Positions 40,401 to 51,314 are shown, counted from the stretch's first letter. The stretch is DNA of 64,000 nucleotides from Acetobacteraceae bacterium (GCA_003164135.1 PLSD01000123.1:25734-89733); one strand, 5' to 3'. Program-made: numbers and translations. The notes: generated by a model not told the origin, from the letters alone.

Positions 40401-41771
40401 ATGACAATTGTTCAAGCACTGCCGGGGAACTGGCTCGATACAGGCGATAACGCCTGGCAGTTGACCGCCGCGACGTTCGTCGGGATCATGAGCATTCCGG
40501 GACTGGCTTTGCTGTATGGCGGTGCTGTCAAGAAAAAATGGGCGGTTAACTCCGCTTTCATGGTATTTTACGCCTTTTCGGCCGTTCTCATGGTCTGGGT
40601 GCTATGGGCGTATAATATGTCCTTCGGCAAACCATGGTTTAATGTTCCCGGCTTCCTTGGCTCTGGCGCGTGGATCGGCCATCCAAGCCCCACCACCTCG
40701 GCGTACAACATGGAGCGGGAAGCCATCATTCCCTCGGCCGCCGGCGCCATGCCCGCACTGGGCTACGGCATGGCCACAATGGTCTACTTCCAGTTCGTGT
40801 TCGCCGCGATCACCCCGATCATTCTGCTCGGCGCGATCCTAGGGCGCGTCTCTTTCAAAGCCTGGATGATCTTCGTGCCGCTGTGGACAACCTTCATCTA
40901 TTCCGTCGGCGCCTACTCCCTGTGGGGCGGCGGCTGGCTCGGCTCCATGGGCGTGATCGACTACTCCGGTGGTTACGTCATTCACTTGGCGGCCGCGTTC
41001 TCCGGGTTCACCGCCGCCGCTGTCATCGGGCCGCGTATGGCGCGTGACCGCGAAAACTTCCAGCCCAACAACCTGCTCATCACCATGGCGGGCGCTGGCC
41101 TGCTCTGGCTCGGCTGGTCTGGCTTCAACGGCGGTGACCCGTTCACTGCCAACGCCGATGCCGGCGTGGGCGTGCTGAACACCCATACCGCCACCGCCGC
41201 CGCCCTGCTCACCTGGGTTGCGCTGGACGTGCTGGCCTACGGCAAGCCCTCCATCCTCGGTGCGGTCAACGGCATGATCTGCGGTCTGGTCGCCATCACC
41301 CCGGCGGCTGGTTACATCAACGGCACCAGCGCCATCATCCTCGGCGTCGTCGCGGCGACCCTGCCCTGGATGACCTGGAACTGGCTCGGCAAGACCAAGC
41401 TGATGCGTAAGGTCGACGACGTGCTCGGCGTCATCCACACCCATGGCGTCGCCGCCCTGGTCGGTGGTATCGGCACCGGTATCCTCGCGGACCCCAAGAT
41501 GATCGAATGGTACGGCACCAAGAACGACGCTATCAGCGTTACCGGCTGGTGGTATGGCAACTTCCACCAGGTGATCCTGCAGCTCTACGGCGCCGCTTTC
41601 ATCATCGTCTTCAACGTGGTCGGCACTTTCATCCTGCTCAAGCTCATCGGCCTCTTCGTGTCGCTGCGCTTCGATGACGAAACCCTGCTGATCGGCGACG
41701 ACGCGATCCATGGCGAAGAAGCCTACGCGATCTACGCGGACGGCCAGAAGATCCCGGTGATGGGCGACTAA
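40401..41771 (+). CDS. amtB: Ammonium transporter
   Basis: FQFVFAAIT, DYSGGYVIH, LLWLGWSGFNGG, GLVAITP, DDVLGVIHTHG (twin His). Confidence 0.96.
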   Translation: MTIVQALPGNWLDTGDNAWQLTAATFVGIMSIPGLALLYGGAVKKKWAVNSAFMVFYAFSAVLMVWVLWAYNMSFGKPWFNVPGFLGSGAWIGHPSPTTSAYNMEREAIIPSAAGAMPALGYGMATMVYFQFVFAAITPIILLGAILGRVSFKAWMIFVPLWTTFIYSVGAYSLWGGGWLGSMGVIDYSGGYVIHLAAAFSGFTAAAVIGPRMARDRENFQPNNLLITMAGAGLLWLGWSGFNGGDPFTANADAGVGVLNTHTATAAALLTWVALDVLAYGKPSILGAVNGMICGLVAITPAAGYINGTSAIILGVVAATLPWMTWNWLGKTKLMRKVDDVLGVIHTHGVAALVGGIGTGILADPKMIEWYGTKNDAISVTGWWYGNFHQVILQLYGAAFIIVFNVVGTFILLKLIGLFVSLRFDDETLLIGDDAIHGEEAYAIYADGQKIPVMGD

Positions 41772-41798
41772 TCCGCCCCAATCGGAACCACTTCCAAG

Positions 41799-41831
41799 GA
41801 AACAGCGCCGCAAGGCGCTGTTTCTGTTTTT
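41799..41831 (+). terminator. Terminator after amt
   Basis: gaaacagcgcc-gcaa-ggcgctgtttc plus T-rich tail. Confidence 0.85.
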
Positions 41832-41895
41832 GCGCACCACGCCATGAAAACAGAAACACTTTGAAAATCAGGCGCCTCCCCGGTATAGTGAATAC

Positions 41896-44289
41896 ATGGC
41901 GGTGAATTTCGAGGCACGGCGTTTCATATCCCCAACGCTGCGGGCGCAGTTGCGCCGGCGCATGGCGGAACTGCTGGCTGTTGCCTGCGCCCTGGCCGGG
42001 TTAACCCTGCTGCTCGCCCTGGTGTCCTACAGCCCGGCGGACCCATCGTTTGACACCGCAACCGCAGCCCGCACCGGCAACCTCGCCGGCCCCTTTGGCG
42101 CCACCTTCGCGGACCTCACGCTGCAAGGCTTTGGCATCGCCGGGTTTATTCCCTCGCTGGTGCTGTTGGCCTGGAGCTACAGGCTCGGCACGCGCGGCGC
42201 CGTCGGGCACCTCAAGCTGCGAATCGTCATGGGCGGCCTCGCCATGCCGCTGGTCGCCACCGCCTTGGCCCTCGGCCTCGCCATCATCCCCGGCCCGCCG
42301 GTTTCCTGGCCCGTGCCTGCGGGCATAGGCGGCACCGCAGGCGGCATCCTCTCCAGCGCCTTTTTCGCCGCCGGTGCCTCCGTGCTCGGCCGCGTCGGCA
42401 GCGGCATCATGATGCTGCTCATTCTCATCCTCGCCATGTCCGCCTTTGGCTATGCGCTGGGCTTCACCCCCGGCGAATGGCGCTCCGGCGGAGCCAAGGC
42501 CGCCCGTGCCGCCGCCGTCTCCGTCGCGCAGAGCCGCCGCGGCGCCGAAGCCGTTACCTCCTGGATCACCCCGCTATTCGCCGGTACGCCTCCCGCTCCC
42601 GCCCGTTCCTGGGGCGGCGCCGTCATTGAGCCCCGCGCGCAACCCGCGCCGCCGGACGAGATGGATGACGAGTCGCCGATCCCCTTCCTACCGCTGCGCG
42701 CCAAGCCGGTCATCAAAGCCGCCGCCCCGGCTAAAAAAGCCCCAGCCAAGCAGGAGCGCCTGCCCTTGCTGGAAGCAGGCTGGAACTTCCCGCCGCTGGA
42801 CCTGCTGCGCCCCGCCCCGCCGCGTGCCTCCACCGGCCCCAGCGCCGAGTCGCTGGAATCCAACGCCCGCCTGCTGGAAACCGTGCTGCAGGACTACGGC
42901 GTGCAGGGCAAAATCGTCGAAATCCGCCCCGGCCCGGTGGTCACCCTCTACGAGCTGGAGCCCGCCCCCGGCATCCGCTCCTCGCGCGTCATCGGCCTGG
43001 CTGACGACATCGCCCGCTCGCTCTCCGTCGTCGCCGTGCGCATCGCCACCGTCTCGGGCCGCAACGTCATCGGCATCGAGGTCCCCAACGCCAAGCGCGA
43101 GACCGTCTACCTCTCCGAGCTCCTGGGCTCGGAAATGTGGGACAATCAGTCCGGCAAACTCTCCATCGCCCTGGGCAAGGACATTTCCGGCGCCCCCATT
43201 GTCGCCGACCTCGCCCGCATGCCGCATCTGCTCATCGCCGGTACCACCGGCTCGGGTAAATCCGTCGGCGTCAACGCCATGATTATGAGTTTGCTGTTCC
43301 GCCTCTCGCCGGAGCAGTGCCGCCTCATCCTCATCGACCCAAAAATGCTGGAACTCTCCGTCTACGACGGCATCCCGCATCTCATGGCCCCGGTCGTCAC
43401 CGAACCCGCCAAAGCCGTCGCCGCGCTCAAATGGGTGGTGCGCGAAATGGAACGCCGCTACCGCTCCATGAGCCAGCTCGCCGTGCGCAACATCGCCGGC
43501 TACAATGAGCGTGTGGACGAAGCCCGCTCGCGTGGCGAAGTCGTCACCCGCCGCGTGCAAACCGGTTTCGACTCCGAAACCGGCAAGCCTGTCTTCGAGG
43601 ACCAGCCGCTCGCCCTCGAACCTCTCCCCTTCATCGTCGTCTTCATCGACGAAATGGCCGACCTCATGATGGTCGCGGGCAAGGAAATCGAAATCGCCGT
43701 GCAGCGCCTCGCCCAGATGGCCCGCGCCGCCGGCATCCACGTCATCATGGCCACCCAGCGCCCCTCGGTGGACGTCATCACCGGCACCATCAAAGCCAAC
43801 TTCCCCACCCGCATCAGCTTCCAGGTCATCTCCAAGTTCGACAGCCGCACCATTTTGGGCGAGCAGGGGGCCGAACAGCTCCTCGGCCAAGGCGACCTGC
43901 TCTACATGCAAGGCGGCGGCCGCATCACCCGCGTGCATGGCCCCTTCGTATCGGACCAGGAAGTCGAAGCCGTGGTCGCCTTCCTGCGCGAGCAGGGCGA
44001 ACCCGCCTATCTGGATGAAGTCACCGAACCCATGGAGGACGACGGCGGCAGCGCTTCCGGCGGCGCCACCGGCGGCAACACCACGGGCGAAAACGCGCTA
44101 TATGACCAAGCCGTCTCCCTGGTCGCGCGCGAGGGCAAGGCCAGTACCTCCTTCATCCAGCGCCACCTGCAAATCGGCTACAACCGTGCCGCCAAGCTCA
44201 TCGAGCAAATGGAGAAAGACGGCGTCGTCAGCCAAGCCAACCATGTCGGCAAGCGCGAGGTCCTGGTCCGCCGCGAAAAAGATGAGTAG
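41896..44289 (+). CDS. ftsK: DNA translocase FtsK
   Basis: 4TM N-domain, GPVVTLYE, GTTGSGKS, IDEMADL, ATQRPS, gamma domain IGYNRAA. Confidence 0.98.
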   Translation: MAVNFEARRFISPTLRAQLRRRMAELLAVACALAGLTLLLALVSYSPADPSFDTATAARTGNLAGPFGATFADLTLQGFGIAGFIPSLVLLAWSYRLGTRGAVGHLKLRIVMGGLAMPLVATALALGLAIIPGPPVSWPVPAGIGGTAGGILSSAFFAAGASVLGRVGSGIMMLLILILAMSAFGYALGFTPGEWRSGGAKAARAAAVSVAQSRRGAEAVTSWITPLFAGTPPAPARSWGGAVIEPRAQPAPPDEMDDESPIPFLPLRAKPVIKAAAPAKKAPAKQERLPLLEAGWNFPPLDLLRPAPPRASTGPSAESLESNARLLETVLQDYGVQGKIVEIRPGPVVTLYELEPAPGIRSSRVIGLADDIARSLSVVAVRIATVSGRNVIGIEVPNAKRETVYLSELLGSEMWDNQSGKLSIALGKDISGAPIVADLARMPHLLIAGTTGSGKSVGVNAMIMSLLFRLSPEQCRLILIDPKMLELSVYDGIPHLMAPVVTEPAKAVAALKWVVREMERRYRSMSQLAVRNIAGYNERVDEARSRGEVVTRRVQTGFDSETGKPVFEDQPLALEPLPFIVVFIDEMADLMMVAGKEIEIAVQRLAQMARAAGIHVIMATQRPSVDVITGTIKANFPTRISFQVISKFDSRTILGEQGAEQLLGQGDLLYMQGGGRITRVHGPFVSDQEVEAVVAFLREQGEPAYLDEVTEPMEDDGGSASGGATGGNTTGENALYDQAVSLVAREGKASTSFIQRHLQIGYNRAAKLIEQMEKDGVVSQANHVGKREVLVRREKDE

Positions 44290-44334
44290 CGGGCGTTTGC
44301 GCTTAAATGATATATATATAATATCGCCTATAGC

Positions 44335-45063
44335 ATGAGCATATTGCGCAACATTCCCAGCGGCGGACCAAATATCAGCAGCGTGCCGCTGCGTGCGGAT
44401 AAGTTCGGCCTATCCCAGCCGTTCCTGAGCGTGGAAGACCGGCATAAGCTGGCCCTCATTGCCTCGCTGCGGCACTTCAATGCCGGTGAGCTCATATGCA
44501 ATGAGGACGATCAAGCCACCTTCATCTTCAACATCGCGTCCGGCGTGGCAAAATCCTACAGTTTTCTGCCGGAAGGCAAAGAGATCATTCAGGGCTTTTT
44601 CTTTGCCAACGATCTGCTCGGTTTCATGGAAAATGGCCGGTACACAAACACGGTCAAAGCCATCACCCCGGTCGTGGCCTTTCAGTTCCACGTCTCCGCA
44701 CTGGAAGCGTTATTGCGCACGGAACCTGACCTGCAATTGCAGTTTCTCGCAAAGACCTGTCACGAGCTACGTCTGGCGCAGCAGCACGCCATCGCCCTCT
44801 CGCAGCAAAGCGCGCAGAAGCGGCTGCTCATGCTGCTCAACCTCGTGAGACTGCACAATGAACCGCAGGCGCAGGCGGCGCGGCAGATCCACTTGCCCAT
44901 GAGCCGGGCAGACATCGCCGACTATACCGGCCTGGCGGTCGAAACCGTCAGCCGAAACCTGCACCAGCTCCAGCGCCAGGGGGTAATCCATTTGATTTCC
45001 CCGCAATGTATTGAAATCGCCGATGAACACATTTTCACGGCGGCGCTGGCCCAGGAATCTTAG
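44335..45063 (+). CDS. Crp/Fnr-family regulator, FixK-like
   Basis: LPMSRADIADYTGLAVETVSR HTH; no N-terminal Fe-S Cys cluster. Confidence 0.88.
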   Translation: MSILRNIPSGGPNISSVPLRADKFGLSQPFLSVEDRHKLALIASLRHFNAGELICNEDDQATFIFNIASGVAKSYSFLPEGKEIIQGFFFANDLLGFMENGRYTNTVKAITPVVAFQFHVSALEALLRTEPDLQLQFLAKTCHELRLAQQHAIALSQQSAQKRLLMLLNLVRLHNEPQAQAARQIHLPMSRADIADYTGLAVETVSRNLHQLQRQGVIHLISPQCIEIADEHIFTAALAQES

Positions 45064-45165
45064 CCGCCAGCGGGCTGCATAAAATTGCTGCACCGCAAAA
45101 TTTTCTCGCCCAAACCCAGGTTCTGTGCCAGAATAAGCCTTCATTCCATCATGGAGGAGGTGCCC

Positions 45166-45609
45166 ATGCTCGATCAGCCGGCCGTGAATCTGTTCTCCCA
45201 TAACAAACCTGCCGACACGCCCTGGCGTACCGACGGCTTGCGGGACTTCTTTCTCTATCGCGACCTTGGCGTCGCCGCCGCCACCGGCCACCGCGTCATT
45301 GCCCAACTGGTCAAAGCCAACCCGGCGCACCCGCCCGAACACGGCACCGGCTGGCACCAGCACATCGCCGATTTCCACATCGTCATCATGACCAAAGGCT
45401 GGGCCCGCTTCATGTACGGCGACCAGGAGCACCTCGTCGAAGCCGGCGATTGCGTCCACCAGCAGCCCGGCATCACGCACTACCTGTTCGATTATTCGCC
45501 GGACATGGAATACCTGGAAATTACCTCACCGGCGGATTTCGGCACCGTCGATGTCATCGGCCCCTGTCCGGTGCCCGCAGCCATCCCATGGCCCGGCACG
45601 TCCACCTAG
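45166..45609 (+). CDS. Cupin-domain protein
   Basis: GLRDFFLYRDLG, GWHQH, AGDCVHQ.PGI.H; GGAGG RBS. Confidence 0.85.
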   Translation: MLDQPAVNLFSHNKPADTPWRTDGLRDFFLYRDLGVAAATGHRVIAQLVKANPAHPPEHGTGWHQHIADFHIVIMTKGWARFMYGDQEHLVEAGDCVHQQPGITHYLFDYSPDMEYLEITSPADFGTVDVIGPCPVPAAIPWPGTST

Positions 45610-45639
45610 CAAAAAGGGCCGGTGCAACCGGCCCTTTTG
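45610..45639. terminator. Bidirectional terminator
   Basis: aaaagggccgg-tgcaa-ccggccctttt between convergent genes. Confidence 0.8.
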
Positions 45640-45671
45640 TAGCAATCTCCGTGGAAACCCCAGAGGAAACC

Positions 45672-46334
45672 TCAGAAATCCAGATCGAGTTCGATGATTT
45701 CCTGCGGCTCCTCGCGCGAATCGGCGACCCACTCCTTCATCGGCGCCCATTTCATGATGGTGTCGCAGTAGTCCTGGCAAACCGGCCCCACCGACACGTC
45801 GTAGCTCAAAAACCGCGTCACCACCGGGGCATACATTGCATCCGCGATGGTTGGCCGGCGCCCAAACAGGAACGGGCCTTTCCAGGTCGTCAGGCAGTCG
45901 CGCCAGATGCCGGTGATCCGGTCAATATCGGCCTGCGCCGAGGACCAAACAGTAAACCCGGGCTTGCGGAAGCGCAGGTTCATCGGCAGCGAGGAGCGCA
46001 ACGCCGCGAAACCCGAGTGCATTTCCCCGGAAATCGAGCGGCAGCGTGCCCGCGCCACTTTCTCCGCCGGCAGCATCTGCGCATCGGGGAAATTTTCGTT
46101 CAGATACTCGGCAATCGCCAGCGTATCCCAAACGGTGACTTCGCCATGGATCAGGCAGGGCACCAAAATCGAGGAAGTGCGCATCAGCAACTCTTCCTTG
46201 GCACGCGGATCATCAGGCGAGACGCGTTCTTCGTTAAAATCAATTCCCGAGAGCTTGGCGAGGAGATACCCCCGCAGCGACCACGAGGAATAATTCTTGC
46301 TACTGATCAGCAGGGTCGCCTCGGTCATGATCAC
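45672..46334 (-). CDS. Glutathione S-transferase family protein
   Basis: KNYSSWSLR, VPCL, WDTLAIAEYL, EMHSGF, IADAMYAPV. Confidence 0.93.
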   Translation of the reverse strand: MIMTEATLLISSKNYSSWSLRGYLLAKLSGIDFNEERVSPDDPRAKEELLMRTSSILVPCLIHGEVTVWDTLAIAEYLNENFPDAQMLPAEKVARARCRSISGEMHSGFAALRSSLPMNLRFRKPGFTVWSSAQADIDRITGIWRDCLTTWKGPFLFGRRPTIADAMYAPVVTRFLSYDVSVGPVCQDYCDTIMKWAPMKEWVADSREEPQEIIELDLDF

Positions 46335-46447
46335 CCTTTCCTTTTCACTAAAATAGACACATGATTATCAAAGCCGATTCAACCGCACAATGCCGCACTT
46401 GCATGTTTTCTGAAGCATACCGATATCTTCTTTCGGTTTAGGATTAA

Positions 46448-47668
46448 ATGATGATCTACCAGATGTATCAGGCGCAAGCCGATATCATGGACCCGTTCCG
46501 CATGTTCGCGCGCACCAGCAGTGCGCTGCTGCGTACAGTCACGCCTAGCGCGCCCTACGGCATCGGGCTGCGGCATATCACGGCGGCACTTGATGTTTTT
46601 GGCTATTCCGGCACCACGCACAAACGTCCTGACTACGCCATCAACGATGTCACCATCGGCAATAGTGTCGTTAAGGTTGAAGACGAGGTGGTTTATACCA
46701 CGCCTTTCGCAAGTCTGGTGCATTTTAAAAAGGATTCCGGCCGCAAACAGCCGAAAGTCCTTCTGGTTGCCCCGCTTTCCGGCCATTTCGCGACCCTGCT
46801 GCGCAACACGGCTGAGGTACTGCTGCAGGATCACGACGTCTACATCACGGACTGGCACAACGCGCGCGATATTCCAGTCGAGGCCGGCACCTTCGGCTTC
46901 GACGAATACGTCGAGCATGTCATCAAATTCCTCGAATACCTCGGGCCCCGCAGCCACGTCGTCGGCGTCTGTCAGCCCACGGTCGCGGTGCTCACCGCGG
47001 TCTCCGTCATGGCCGAGGACCACAACCCCGCCACCCCCCGCAGCATGACCCTCATGGCCGGCCCGATCGACACGCGCCGTAACCCGACGCGCGTCAATCT
47101 TCTTGCCAAAACCAAGGATATTTCCTGGTTCGAGAAAAAGATGATCGGCGTCGTGCCCTGGCGCTTCCGTGGCGCCGGCCGGCGCGTCTACCCCGGCTTC
47201 ATGCAGCTCACCGCTTTCGTCTCGATGAACCTGGACAAACATCTCGGCGCCCATATCCGCCAGTTCCGCTCACTCGCCACGGAAGACAACGCAGCAGCCA
47301 CCGTCCACCGCGAATTCTACGACGAATACCTCGCGGTCATGGACCTCCCGGCGGAATTCTACCTGGAAACCGTGCAACGCATTTTCATGGAGCACCAGTT
47401 GCCCAAGGGCGAACTGAAATACAAAGGCCGTCTGGTCAAACCCGAAACCATCAAAAAAACCTTTGTCTTCACAGTGGAAGGTGAGCGCGACGACATTTGC
47501 GGCCTCGGCCAGACCTCCGCCGCGCTGGACCTTTGTTCCAACCTGCGCCCGTTACTCAAGCGCCACCACGTGCAAACCGGCGTCGGCCATTACGGTGTTT
47601 TCTCAGGCAAGCGCTGGGCCAATGAGATCTACCCCCTAGTCCGCGAAGTCATCCAGTTCAGCGTCTAG
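46448..47668 (+). CDS. phaZ: Intracellular PHB depolymerase
   Basis: APLSGHFATLLR, VYITDW, GVCQP, EGERDDI, GHYGVFSG. Confidence 0.95.
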   Translation: MMIYQMYQAQADIMDPFRMFARTSSALLRTVTPSAPYGIGLRHITAALDVFGYSGTTHKRPDYAINDVTIGNSVVKVEDEVVYTTPFASLVHFKKDSGRKQPKVLLVAPLSGHFATLLRNTAEVLLQDHDVYITDWHNARDIPVEAGTFGFDEYVEHVIKFLEYLGPRSHVVGVCQPTVAVLTAVSVMAEDHNPATPRSMTLMAGPIDTRRNPTRVNLLAKTKDISWFEKKMIGVVPWRFRGAGRRVYPGFMQLTAFVSMNLDKHLGAHIRQFRSLATEDNAAATVHREFYDEYLAVMDLPAEFYLETVQRIFMEHQLPKGELKYKGRLVKPETIKKTFVFTVEGERDDICGLGQTSAALDLCSNLRPLLKRHHVQTGVGHYGVFSGKRWANEIYPLVREVIQFSV

Positions 47669-47684
47669 TTTTGAAACAGATTTT

Positions 47685-48884
47685 TTAAAGTACCGCCCCA
47701 GCGGCGGCGCAAAACAGCACCACCAGTATCGGCCTCGCATGTCCAGCCGTCAGCAGCAGCAGCGCCGCTCCGGCAATAGGCAAATCCCAAAAGTTCTGCA
47801 CCGTGCTCAGCGTCAACAGGTTGATAAACGCCGCCCCCAGCAACCCGACCACGGCGGCATTCACGCCCATCATCACGGCTTCCAGGTTAGGGCGGGTCCG
47901 TAAAATCTGCCAATAGGGCTGGGTCGCCGCCACCACCAGCAGGCCGGGCAGAAAAATCGCCACGGTGGCAATCGCCGCCCCCCACGCGCCACCGGGTCCG
48001 CTGCCGGCCACCGCGCCCAAAAACGCCGCCACGGTGAACAGCGGTCCCGGTACGGCCTGCGCCGCGCCATACCCAGCCAGGAACAGTTGCGGCGAAATCC
48101 ATCCCGGCACCACCACGGCGTCGCGCAGCAGCGGCAGCACCACATGCCCGCCGCCGAACACCAGCGCCCCGGCGCGGTAGAACGCCCCGAACAATCCCAG
48201 CGCGCCCCCGTCAGGCCCCAGAAACGCCAGCACCAGGAGCAATAAAAACATTGTCATGCATGCAAACGCTATGCGATTCGTCGCCACGGATATGCCCGCC
48301 ACCGAAGGTGCCGGTTTCGCCGGCCCGCCCTGGCTCAGCGCCAGCCGCCCGATCACGGCGCCGATCACCAGCACCAGAATTTGCCCGAAAGTATCGGGTT
48401 GCAGCCCCAAAATCGCCGCCGCCAGCAGGGCCAAAGCCCGGCGCGGCGTATCCGGGCACAGGCTGCGCGCCATCACCCACACCGCCTGCGCCACCACGGC
48501 CACCGCCGCCAACTGCAAGCCATGCAGCGCCCCGCGCGCCATTGCCACGCTTTGGAACGGCACGATCCAATGCGCCAGCGCCAGCATCAGCAACGCCGAG
48601 GGCAGGGTGAACCCCACCCAGGCCGCTAAGCCGCCGCGCCATCCAGCCCGGCGCAACCCAATGCAGAACCCTGTCTGGCTGGAGGCAGGGCCGGGCAAAA
48701 ACTGGCACAGCGCCAGCAGCCCCGCGTAGTCATCAGCGCTCAGCCAGCCGCGCTTTTCCACGAATTCCTTGCGAAAATAGCCAAAATGCGCCACCGGGCC
48801 GCCAAACGAGGTCAGCCCCAGCACAAAAAACGCCCGCAGCACTTCCACTGCGGAGCCCTTTGGTTCGGTGCCATCACCTTTCAT
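47685..48884 (-). CDS. chrA: Chromate transporter (long-chain CHR)
   Basis: SFGGP, QFLPGPASSQ, FGGGHVVLP, QAVPGP; 4-bp overlap with the HIT gene. Confidence 0.92.
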   Translation of the reverse strand: MKGDGTEPKGSAVEVLRAFFVLGLTSFGGPVAHFGYFRKEFVEKRGWLSADDYAGLLALCQFLPGPASSQTGFCIGLRRAGWRGGLAAWVGFTLPSALLMLALAHWIVPFQSVAMARGALHGLQLAAVAVVAQAVWVMARSLCPDTPRRALALLAAAILGLQPDTFGQILVLVIGAVIGRLALSQGGPAKPAPSVAGISVATNRIAFACMTMFLLLLVLAFLGPDGGALGLFGAFYRAGALVFGGGHVVLPLLRDAVVVPGWISPQLFLAGYGAAQAVPGPLFTVAAFLGAVAGSGPGGAWGAAIATVAIFLPGLLVVAATQPYWQILRTRPNLEAVMMGVNAAVVGLLGAAFINLLTLSTVQNFWDLPIAGAALLLLTAGHARPILVVLFCAAAGAVL

Positions 48885-49243
48885 TCGGCGCCCAGCAGGC
48901 GGCCGAGCTTGCGCCCAGCCAGAATATGCACATGAAAATGCGGCACTTCCTGGTGGCTGTCCGGCCCGGCATTGGAGATCAACCGGTAACCGGCCTCCTC
49001 CACCCCCAACCGCTTAGCCACCAGCGACACGGCGCGGAAAAACCCTGTAATCTCCGCAGCACTAGCCTTGGCGCCAAAATCCGCGATGGAGATGTACGCC
49101 CCCTTGGGGATCACCAGCACATGGCAAGGCGCTGCTGGCCTGATGTCGGGGAACGCCAGCGCGAATTCATCCTCATAAAGTTTTTCGCACGGGATCTCGC
49201 CGCGCAGAACCCGGGCAAACACATTCATGCTATCGTAAGCCAT
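48881..49243 (-). CDS. Histidine triad nucleotide-binding protein
   Basis: NVFARVLRGEIP, QEVPHFHVH. Confidence 0.95.
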   Translation of the reverse strand: MAYDSMNVFARVLRGEIPCEKLYEDEFALAFPDIRPAAPCHVLVIPKGAYISIADFGAKASAAEITGFFRAVSLVAKRLGVEEAGYRLISNAGPDSHQEVPHFHVHILAGRKLGRLLGAE

Positions 49244-49328
49244 ACCACCCCATACTGGTAACGTTACCGTGATAGCATCACATACCGGCTGTCATGTCCA
49301 ACCGGATCTCCGCCAGACACCCTGAAAT

Positions 49329-49781
49329 TTAAGGAATTTTTCTCGTGGGCAGCCCGTCCAGCGCCAGGGGCTTACGCGCCGCTTTCTCCGCAATGCCGCT
49401 CAGGCCCTCGCGGCGGCTCAATTCCGCCCATATATGCTCGGGCCGCAGCCCCGCATCCACCCACAGCACCAGCAAATGATACAGCACGTCCGCACTCTCG
49501 GCGATCAACGAGGGCTTATGCCCCGTCACCGCCTCGATCACGCATTCCACCGCTTCCTCGCCAAATTTCTGCGCAATTTTCGCGGTCCCGCGCGCCAGCA
49601 GCCGTGCCGAATGGCTCTCCGACGGACTCGCATCCTTGCGCGAGAGCACGGTCGCCCACAACCGGTCGAGCACCCGCGCGTCCGGCGCGTTCAGCGGCGG
49701 CGGTATGGTCGCGGTGCTTGCGCGCGCAACTTCCTTCTTCTTCGGCGCGGCAGTGGTGGATTTGGCGATTTTCTTGGCCAT
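49329..49781 (-). CDS. hisE: Phosphoribosyl-ATP diphosphatase
   Basis: [19 protein letters not shown]. Confidence 0.95.
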   Translation of the reverse strand: MAKKIAKSTTAAPKKKEVARASTATIPPPLNAPDARVLDRLWATVLSRKDASPSESHSARLLARGTAKIAQKFGEEAVECVIEAVTGHKPSLIAESADVLYHLLVLWVDAGLRPEHIWAELSRREGLSGIAEKAARKPLALDGLPTRKIP

Positions 49782-49802
49782 CGGCGGTTGTTGCGACTCC
49801 TC

Positions 49803-50579
49803 TTAATTCGCGAGTATCGCGCGCGGCAGGCGCACCGGCAAGCGCGCCTGCGTTAAAGCTTCCTTAACCTGGGCAATTGTGAACTGGCCAAAATGAAACA
49901 CGCTGGCCGCCAGCAGCCCGGTCGCCCCGGCCTGCGCGCCTTCCACGAAATGCTGCAACGTGCCCACCCCGCCCGAGGCGATCACCGGCAGCCGCACCGC
50001 CGCGCAAATCCGCCGCAGCAACGCCAGGTCAAACCCCTTGCCGGTCCCGTCGCGGTCCATCGAGGTCAGCAGAATCTCCCCCGCCCCCAGGCTTTCCATC
50101 TGTTTCGCCCATTCGATTACATCCAGCCCGGTATTGGTCCGCCCGCCGTGCGAGAACACCTCCCATTTGTCAGGGCCGGACTGGCGCGCATCAATCGCCA
50201 CCACCACGCACTGGCTGCCGAATTTCCGCGCCGCCTCGGCCACCAGCTCCGGCCGGCTGATCGCCGCCGAGTTAATGCTGCACTTGTCCGCGCCCGCCAG
50301 CAGCAGCTTGCGCATATCGCCGGTGCTCCTTATCCCCCCGCCCACGGTGAGCGGCAAAAACACCCGCTCGGCAGTACGCGAAACCACGTCGAGGATCGTA
50401 TCCCGGTTGTCGGAGCTGGCGGTAATGTCCAAAAACGTCAGCTCATCTGCCCCGGCGGCGTCATACACCACGGCCTGTTCCACTGGGTCCCCGGCATCGC
50501 GCAGGGAGACAAAGTTTACCCCCTTCACCACGCGCCCGTCCTTCACGTCCAGGCAGGGGATCACTCGCAGTTTCAGCAT
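49803..50579 (-). CDS. hisF: Imidazole glycerol phosphate synthase cyclase subunit
   Basis: [24 protein letters not shown]. Confidence 0.98.
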   Translation of the reverse strand: MLKLRVIPCLDVKDGRVVKGVNFVSLRDAGDPVEQAVVYDAAGADELTFLDITASSDNRDTILDVVSRTAERVFLPLTVGGGIRSTGDMRKLLLAGADKCSINSAAISRPELVAEAARKFGSQCVVVAIDARQSGPDKWEVFSHGGRTNTGLDVIEWAKQMESLGAGEILLTSMDRDGTGKGFDLALLRRICAAVRLPVIASGGVGTLQHFVEGAQAGATGLLAASVFHFGQFTIAQVKEALTQARLPVRLPRAILAN

Positions 50580-51304
50580 GCGGCCAGCGCCTCGGCAGGC
50601 TTCAGGCTGCCGTCATAAAGTGCGCGCCCCAGAATCGCGCCGTTCAAATTCGGGCTCTGCCGCGCCGCCGCCTTTAACGCCACAATATCCGCGACTCCGG
50701 CGACTCCGCCCGAGGCAATCACCGGCACATTTACCGCATCTGCCAGCGCCGCGGTCTCCTCCAGGTTCAACCCGGTCTTCATCCCGTCGCGCGCGATATC
50801 CGTGTAAATAATCCCGGCAATTCCCGCATCCTGCAACCGCACCGCCAAATCCGTCGCCTTCAAGGTAGACGTCTCGGCCCAGCCCTCGGTCGCCACCATC
50901 CCGGCCTTGGCATCAATGCCCACCACAATCCGCCCTGGAAATTTAGCGCACGCCTCGAACACCAGCGCCGGATTCTTCGCCGCGGCACTGCCCAGAATCA
51001 CCCGGTTCACCCCGGCGGCCAGCCAGCTCTCAATCCCCGCCAGATCACGGATTCCGCCACCCAACTGCACCGGCACCTTCACGCTGGCCAGAATCGCCCG
51101 CACCGCCGCGCCATTCACCGGCCGCCCGGCAAACGCTCCATTCAAATCCACCACATGAATCCAACCAAACCCCGCCGCCGCCCAGGCCGCTGCCTGCGCC
51201 CCAGGGTCCTGCCCATACACCGTCGCCTGATCCATCTCGCCGCGCTGCAACCGCACGCAGGCGCCGTCCTTCAGGTCGATCGCCGGGTATAATGTCAGTC
51301 TCAT
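50573..51304 (-). CDS. hisA: ProFAR isomerase
   Basis: [30 protein letters not shown]. Confidence 0.97.
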   Translation of the reverse strand: MRLTLYPAIDLKDGACVRLQRGEMDQATVYGQDPGAQAAAWAAAGFGWIHVVDLNGAFAGRPVNGAAVRAILASVKVPVQLGGGIRDLAGIESWLAAGVNRVILGSAAAKNPALVFEACAKFPGRIVVGIDAKAGMVATEGWAETSTLKATDLAVRLQDAGIAGIIYTDIARDGMKTGLNLEETAALADAVNVPVIASGGVAGVADIVALKAAARQSPNLNGAILGRALYDGSLKPAEALAAC

Positions 51305-51314
51305 TTGGCCAGTC

